64,000 nt of DNA, from the NCBI GenBank assembly GCA_965662895.1, contig CBFIJH010000007.1, forward strand, positions 1 to 64,000. The letters are read 5' to 3'. The notes under the pieces are model-generated. The model saw nothing but the letters and a program-made list of their open reading frames with translations, was not told the origin of the DNA and searched no databases. A program made the position numbers and the translations under genes. Source of the stretch: Candidatus Poseidoniaceae archaeon (GTDB lineage Archaea; Thermoplasmatota; Poseidoniia; Poseidoniales; Poseidoniaceae). Each line of letters starts with the position of its first letter. Positions within the stretch are counted from its first letter, which is position 1. Positions 58,203 through 64,000 of this stretch are shown in pieces.

Positions 58203-60230
58203 TCACTTTTCGTTGCGAACAGGAACCAAACTTGGTTCTGCGATTTTATCATCGATTTCTTGTTTCAAATCCTTGATGAATGCATCAACAGGAATGTCTG
58301 CGATTTGATCGCCAGTACGGGAGCGCAAAGAGACACAATTGTTGTTCATTTCCCCATCACCGAGGATTATCAAGTAGGCAGGTCGCATTTTCCGATGGGT
58401 TCGAATCTTCTTTCCGATCGTGTCGTCTCCATCATCGATTTTTACACGAACACCGTGTTCTTGCAACTTCTCGGCGACCTGTGAAGCGTATTGCTTGTGC
58501 TTTTCCGATATGGTGAGAATGTGGACTTGTGTGGGCGACAACCACGTGGGGAATTTCCCAGCAAAGTGTTCGATGAGGACACCACAAAAACGTTCCATGG
58601 ACCCAAATGGAGCACGATGAATCATCACAGGACGATGATTCTCCCCATCGCTTCCTTTGTACCATAGATCGAACCGTTCGGGAAGATTGTAATCCACTTG
58701 TACCGTGCCTAGTTGCCACTCTCGCCCAATGACATCCTTGACAACAAAGTCAATTTTTGGACCGTAGAATGCGGCTTCTCCTTCTTCTTCGGACCAATTG
58801 ACGCCAAGTTTTGCAGCAGCTGATCGGCATGCTTCCTCTGCTCGATCCCATTGTTTGGATTCTCCGACGTATTTGTCGCTGTTTGGGTCACGCAAACCGA
58901 CGCGAACCCTGTAATCATGCATCCCAAGAACATCAAAAATTGTTTGAACCAATTCAATACAACCCATGACCTCATCAGCAATTTGGTCTTCAGTCACGAA
59001 CAGATGTGCATCGTCTTGCGTGAATCCACGGACACGAGTCATCCCTGAAATTTCACCGGATTGTTCCCATCGATAAACAGTTCCAAACTCAGCCAATCGG
59101 AGTGGAAGGTCACGATAAGAACGTGCTTGAGAGGCATAGATTTTGACGTGATGCGGGCAGTTCATTGGTTTGAGCATGTATCCGTCAATATCGCCTGAAT
59201 TCATCATGTTGGAAAGTTCGGAACATGAGCACCCTTCATCAGCGAGTTTCTTCATCAGTTCGCGCTCGACCAGGGGAGGATATTGACTGTCTTGGTAATA
59301 AGGGAAATGACCGGAGGTTCGGTACAGATCGAGTTTACCAATGTGTGGCGTAAACACCTGGTCGTAGCCTTGCCGCCGCAAATGGTGGGAGATGAAATCT
59401 TGGAGTTGTTGTCGGACAATGGCGCCTCGAGGCGTCCAAAGGATGAGGCCTTGTCCGACCTCTTCGTCAACGTGGAACAATTGCAAATCCTTGCCCAATT
59501 TTCGATGGTCTCGAAGCTTGGCTTGTTCCATTTGATGAAGGGTTGCCTTGAGTGCTTCCTTGGTCGGTTCAACGATTCCATAAATCCGAACCAATTGTTC
59601 TCTGGATTGATCGCCTCGCCAGTACGCTGAGGAGACTGATGTCAAACGACTGAACATCAATTTCGCTGTACTGGGTACGTGTGGGCCAAGGCACAGATCA
59701 TACCATTCACCTTGCTTGTAGATAGTTGAACCATGTCCATCTTCGAGCTTATCATCGATGATTTCAATCTTGTATGGGTTGGATGTAAAATGCTCACGAA
59801 GGTCGTGTTCATCCAACTCAACCCGTTCCACCTTGAGATTGCGGCGAGCAAGTTCATGCATTTTCTTCTCGATTGGTTTCAAATCGCTTTCACTAATGGG
59901 TTCCATTGCAAAATCGTAGTAGAAACCTCGGTCGATGGCAGGACCGATTGTTGGTTTTGCATCAGGATAGAGTTCCATCACCGCTTGGGCAAGAAGGTGC
60001 GCAGCACTGTGACGAAGAATGTGCATACCTTCATCGCTCGCTGCGAGAATCCCCTCAAGATTGCAATCTTGATCCAACGCAGCTGAGAGATCACGCTCGA
60101 CGTTATCGACTCGCGCAGCAAGACATCCGTGTTTCTTGCCAAGGGCATCAACAACGACTTCACCAGCAGTGATGCCAGCAGCATATTCGTTGACTGTACC
60201 ATCCGGCAACGTGACATTGACCATCGACAT
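58203..60230 (-). CDS. thrS: Threonyl-tRNA synthetase, bacterial type (TGS plus editing domain)
   Basis: VTLPDG, RHSAAHLLA, DLCLGPH, RDHRKLG, KPMNCPHH, RVRGFTQDDAH, HRAPFGSMERF; start moved to 60230. Confidence 0.97.
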   Translation of the reverse strand: MSMVNVTLPDGTVNEYAAGITAGEVVVDALGKKHGCLAARVDNVERDLSAALDQDCNLEGILAASDEGMHILRHSAAHLLAQAVMELYPDAKPTIGPAIDRGFYYDFAMEPISESDLKPIEKKMHELARRNLKVERVELDEHDLREHFTSNPYKIEIIDDKLEDGHGSTIYKQGEWYDLCLGPHVPSTAKLMFSRLTSVSSAYWRGDQSREQLVRIYGIVEPTKEALKATLHQMEQAKLRDHRKLGKDLQLFHVDEEVGQGLILWTPRGAIVRQQLQDFISHHLRRQGYDQVFTPHIGKLDLYRTSGHFPYYQDSQYPPLVERELMKKLADEGCSCSELSNMMNSGDIDGYMLKPMNCPHHVKIYASQARSYRDLPLRLAEFGTVYRWEQSGEISGMTRVRGFTQDDAHLFVTEDQIADEVMGCIELVQTIFDVLGMHDYRVRVGLRDPNSDKYVGESKQWDRAEEACRSAAAKLGVNWSEEEGEAAFYGPKIDFVVKDVIGREWQLGTVQVDYNLPERFDLWYKGSDGENHRPVMIHRAPFGSMERFCGVLIEHFAGKFPTWLSPTQVHILTISEKHKQYASQVAEKLQEHGVRVKIDDGDDTIGKKIRTHRKMRPAYLIILGDGEMNNNCVSLRSRTGDQIADIPVDAFIKDLKQEIDDKIAEPSLVPVRNEK

Positions 60231-60286
60231 AAGGACGCCTCTTGTCAACGCCTCGACGGCCTTATTCATCAATGCGACGCTTGAAA

Positions 60287-60583
60287 TTACCACTCAACGA
60301 TGATGTCGTCGTCCAAATCTTGACTAGGCTTTTCGAGAATAACCTGTTCTTTCACTTCCTTTGGATTCGGTTCTTTTTTGGGTGCAACAACGAAAGAATC
60401 AGCTGCTTCGATTGGGTTGAGTTTGAAACCAAACTGAGGTTTTGCGGGCTCTGCAGGTGGCGTTTCAAGTGGTTGCTTGGTCGCATTTTCTTCCTCTACA
60501 GTTTCACCCTTCCCCATATCTTTCAGGCTTTTTTGCATAATCTCCTCAAGCGTAATCTCATCCGATGTTGAACGTTTGGCCAT
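60287..60583 (-). CDS. Small, probably disordered hypothetical protein
   Basis: 98 aa, E/P/K-rich, ends DDDIIVEW; fills gap upstream of thrS. Confidence 0.65.
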   Translation of the reverse strand: MAKRSTSDEITLEEIMQKSLKDMGKGETVEEENATKQPLETPPAEPAKPQFGFKLNPIEAADSFVVAPKKEPNPKEVKEQVILEKPSQDLDDDIIVEW

Positions 60584-60679
60584 GAATGGCGATAACAGGC
60601 GATAACATCAAAACATCGGTTTTTTGATTTCATACGGACAAGAGCAATGATTGAAAACAAACAGAAACGACGTTCCATC

Positions 60680-61816
60680 ATGCGAATCGGCATTGTGGTC
60701 AATCCAGACGCTGGACTTGGAGGTCGATTGGGTTTCAAAGGCAGTGATGGGCGAGCAAAAGAAGCCAGGGAAGCAGGAGCAGTTGACCGTTCTGGACCAC
60801 GTATGCAACAGTGCGTGACGAAATTCACTGAATTCCAACAATCAAGCCTGAATCGCATGGGTGTTTCGCCGACCTTTGTGGCTTGGACGGGGCGAATGGG
60901 TGGTGATTGGTTGGAAGGTATTGCCTACGAGTCCTTGCAACCCTCTCCAACGGAATCGACCGCGGAGGACACAGCGGCCCTTGTTCATGATTTACTCGCA
61001 GCCAATGTGGATGCAATTCTCTATGCTGGCGGAGATGGAACAACCCGTGATATCGTCAATGCCCTCAATGGTCATGAAACCCCATTAATCGGCGTACCTG
61101 CTGGTGTTAAGATGCATTCAGGCTGTTTTGCTACAACTCCGAATGCAGCTGCTGAGGTTTTGCTCGCCTTCCTTCAAGGTGATCTCATGGTTGCCATCAC
61201 GGAAGTCATGGACCTTGATGAAGAGACGTACCAGAAAGGGGAATGGAACGTGCGGATGTACGGTGAGGCATGGACACCATCAAGCCCTCGATTCATGCAA
61301 GGTGCAAAAGAACAAGTCGAACGAGCAAGTGAATCAGAAACGATTGAAGGACTAGCGAATCATATCGGAAATTTGATCGAAGCAGACCCTGAACTCATGA
61401 TCATTTGGGGTAGTGGTGGAACCCTACGCCGCATGGGAGAACACCTTGGTGTTGAATTGACGCTTCTCGGTATTGACATTCAGCACAGAGGTTCAATTCA
61501 TGCCGATTTGAACGAAACCTCACTGCTTGAACATCTTCGTGAGTATGATGGACCACGTTTGCTTCTTCTTTCTCCGATGGGCGGGCAAGGGTTCCTCATT
61601 GGACGCGGCAATCTCCAACTTTCACCTGATGTGTTGAGAGTGATTGGATTGGATTCAATCCTTGGCGTTGCAACCCCGTCGAAATTGCTCGGATTGTCGA
61701 GCGTGCGTATTGATACGGGCGATGTTTCACTTGATGAGGAATTCCAACAACGTCGTTTCGTGAAATTGCTTCAAGGGTACAGGACGACGAGAGTTATTCG
61801 CGTCCTTGAAGCCTAA
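60680..61816 (+). CDS. ATP-NAD kinase family protein
   Basis: [43 protein letters not shown]. Confidence 0.88.
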   Translation: MRIGIVVNPDAGLGGRLGFKGSDGRAKEAREAGAVDRSGPRMQQCVTKFTEFQQSSLNRMGVSPTFVAWTGRMGGDWLEGIAYESLQPSPTESTAEDTAALVHDLLAANVDAILYAGGDGTTRDIVNALNGHETPLIGVPAGVKMHSGCFATTPNAAAEVLLAFLQGDLMVAITEVMDLDEETYQKGEWNVRMYGEAWTPSSPRFMQGAKEQVERASESETIEGLANHIGNLIEADPELMIIWGSGGTLRRMGEHLGVELTLLGIDIQHRGSIHADLNETSLLEHLREYDGPRLLLLSPMGGQGFLIGRGNLQLSPDVLRVIGLDSILGVATPSKLLGLSSVRIDTGDVSLDEEFQQRRFVKLLQGYRTTRVIRVLEA

Positions 61817-63441
61817 GGCAACGATTGTCCACTCGATGCGAGAAGGAGACCGAGGAATGGAGGGCTTGGTCTTCCTGGCCGAGATTTGAATTCAGGATGA
61901 TACTGAACACCAACGTAGTATGGATGTCCCTCGAGTTCGAAAATTTCGCATCGTTGTCCACTCTCATCTTTGCCAACAAATTTGAGTCCAGCAGCCTCGA
62001 TTTTCTCAACCAAATCGGGATTGATTTCGTAACGGTGTCGATGACGTTCATCGACCGAATCAAGACCTCCATACAGTCGTTTCATTGTACAATCGTCAAC
62101 TTGGAAGATGGTCGGACGTGATCCTAAACGCATTGTCCCTCCAAGATGCGTCTTGGAAATTTCTGGCATGAAGATAACTGCAGGATTTGCTGCATCGGCA
62201 TCAAACTCTGTGGAAGTTGCATCCTTGATGTTGAGAACGTTGCGACAGAATTCAATGGCTGCGACCTGCAATCCAAGACAAATACCAAGGTAAGGGACAT
62301 CGTTTTCACGAGCGTATTGAGCAGCCAGAACTTTTCCTTCAATACCACGGTCTCCAAATCCACCAGGAACCAATATCCCATTTGCATTGCGCAACAAATT
62401 CCATGCTTCAGCGTTCTTGGTATCTTCCAAATCGCTGGCTTCAATCCAATCGATGACCAATTTTCGGTCGACTGCAATTGCTGCGTGTTGGAGAGACTTG
62501 ATGACCGAAAGATACGCATCCGAAAGGTCGGTGTATTTTCCAACCATTGCAATGTGGACTTCTTCTGTTAATTGATCGAGGCGATGAGCCATAGCTCTCC
62601 ATTCCTTGAGCAGCCCTGTCTTGTCACAATCGATGTCGAGGATGTTGCAGAAACCTTGTTCTTCAAGCATCAATGGGACGTGATAGATGTTTGGAACATC
62701 ATGCGTAGAAAAGACAGCATCGGGGTGAACATGACAGAATGCAGAAAGTTTCTCACGAGTTTCATTGTTGAGAGGATTGCTTGATCGACAGACAAGGACA
62801 TCAGGCGTTATCCCTAAGCCCATCAATTCTTTTACGGTGTGTTGGGTGGGCTTTGTCTTTTGTTCACCAACAGGGCCCAAGACAGGAACAAGCGATACGT
62901 GGACAAATGTCACATTGTCTCGTCCGACTCGAAATTGGAATTGACGTAGTGCTTCAAGATAGGGTGCGCTTTCGATGTCTCCAACCGTTCCTCCGAGTTC
63001 GATGATGCAAACGTCTGGTGTTTCATCCGAACCGTCAGCAGGGCGCTGAGCAACATCCACAATCCAATCTTGGACTGCGTCTGTAATGTGCGGGATGACC
63101 TGAACCGTCTTGCCAAGATAATCGCCTCGTCGTTCAGCTTCAAGCACTTTGGAGTAGACTTTCCCAGTTGTCAGGTTGTTATCCCGAGCGAGATTGAGGT
63201 CGAGAAAACGTTCGTAATTTCCAAGGTCAAGGTCGACTTCTCCTCCATCATCGAGAACGAAGACTTCACCATGCTCGAACGGACTCATCGTACCGGCATC
63301 ACTGTTCAAGTACGGGTCAATTTTTATCGATGTGACTCGCAATCCAGCGCTTTTGAGGAGTACACCGATGCTGCTTGCAGTAACACCTTTGCCCAAGCCA
63401 CTGAGCACTCCTCCGCTGACAATTACGTACTTCAAACCCAT
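61813..63441 (-). CDS. pyrG: CTP synthase
   Basis: [42 protein letters not shown]. Confidence 0.98.
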   Translation of the reverse strand: MGLKYVIVSGGVLSGLGKGVTASSIGVLLKSAGLRVTSIKIDPYLNSDAGTMSPFEHGEVFVLDDGGEVDLDLGNYERFLDLNLARDNNLTTGKVYSKVLEAERRGDYLGKTVQVIPHITDAVQDWIVDVAQRPADGSDETPDVCIIELGGTVGDIESAPYLEALRQFQFRVGRDNVTFVHVSLVPVLGPVGEQKTKPTQHTVKELMGLGITPDVLVCRSSNPLNNETREKLSAFCHVHPDAVFSTHDVPNIYHVPLMLEEQGFCNILDIDCDKTGLLKEWRAMAHRLDQLTEEVHIAMVGKYTDLSDAYLSVIKSLQHAAIAVDRKLVIDWIEASDLEDTKNAEAWNLLRNANGILVPGGFGDRGIEGKVLAAQYARENDVPYLGICLGLQVAAIEFCRNVLNIKDATSTEFDADAANPAVIFMPEISKTHLGGTMRLGSRPTIFQVDDCTMKRLYGGLDSVDERHRHRYEINPDLVEKIEAAGLKFVGKDESGQRCEIFELEGHPYYVGVQYHPEFKSRPGRPSPPFLGLLLASSGQSLP

Positions 63442-63543
63442 CAACGGGATTCAAAGCGGTCGCGCATACCATATGAATATTGGCTAAGAAGACCAAGTTT
63501 GTTGCATCTCTAGTTTCAAGTATCGTCACAAGAAGGGCAGCCT

Positions 63544-64000
63544 ATGCCGGGATTGGATGGGGATAGGATTCTTGTCACCGGAGCATTGGGCCAAATTGGA
63601 ACTGAACTCGTCGAGGCTTTACGAGAAAAACACGGCGTTGATTCTGTCATTGCCTCAGATATTCGAAGTGATGCACACAATACTGAAAACGACAAAGGCC
63701 CGTATGTAACCCTCGACGTTTTGAATCAGGACGCAATCACCAAACTGTGCAAATCTGAATCTGTTGATACCGTCTACCACCTTGCTGCATTGTTGTCCGC
63801 AACCGGGGAGCAAAATCCTGAGTTGTGCCGCAAAGTGAACATTGACGGAACAGTATCCGTCCTCGAGTCTGCACGAGCATGCCAAATGCGCGTATTTACG
63901 CCTTCATCGATCGCAGTTTTCGGTCCGGATGCTCCAAAACATGCTCCCCAAGTTACAGAACTGAACCCGACAACGGTGTACGGAGAAACCAAGGTGAAAG
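63544..64000 (+). CDS. NAD-dependent epimerase/dehydratase family, probable L-threonine 3-dehydrogenase (3' truncated; absent from ORF track)
   Basis: Manual translation: MPGLDGDRILVTGALGQIGTELV..ASDIR..YHLAALLSATGEQNP..PSSIAVFG..YGETK. Confidence 0.88.
   Translation, partial: MPGLDGDRILVTGALGQIGTELVEALREKHGVDSVIASDIRSDAHNTENDKGPYVTLDVLNQDAITKLCKSESVDTVYHLAALLSATGEQNPELCRKVNIDGTVSVLESARACQMRVFTPSSIAVFGPDAPKHAPQVTELNPTTVYGETKVK

Overview
Gene-dense archaeal chromosomal segment with roughly balanced GC. It carries archaeal markers (Hjc, CDC48/VAT, MC1, presenilin homologue, DacZ-type cyclase, Lhr, NcsA, DUF63) alongside bacterial-type metabolic genes (ThrRS, FolC, mycobacterial Sdh1-like SDH, leucine-catabolism carboxylase) and very large acidic surface proteins. 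This mix best fits Marine Group II Thermoplasmatota (Ca. Poseidoniales), which is an inference. About 45 CDSs are supported; no rRNA, tRNA, CRISPR array or transposase was recognised. Family calls come from motifs recognised by eye, not from database searches. The best candidate for an undescribed system is a coupled three-gene operon (47307-51025): a roadblock/MglB-like protein, a 1043-aa protein with DUF2226/DUF4388-like, roadblock and long coiled-coil regions, and a small membrane protein, with no GTPase in the window. Other leads: a macrodomain plus diadenylate cyclase pair, a presenilin with a ~390-aa inserted domain, a TIGR03790 domain with nested CBM/PA14/LamG inserts, a dispersed AT-rich ~30-bp element, hairpin clusters around MC1, and five convergent gene pairs whose stop codons abut exactly.
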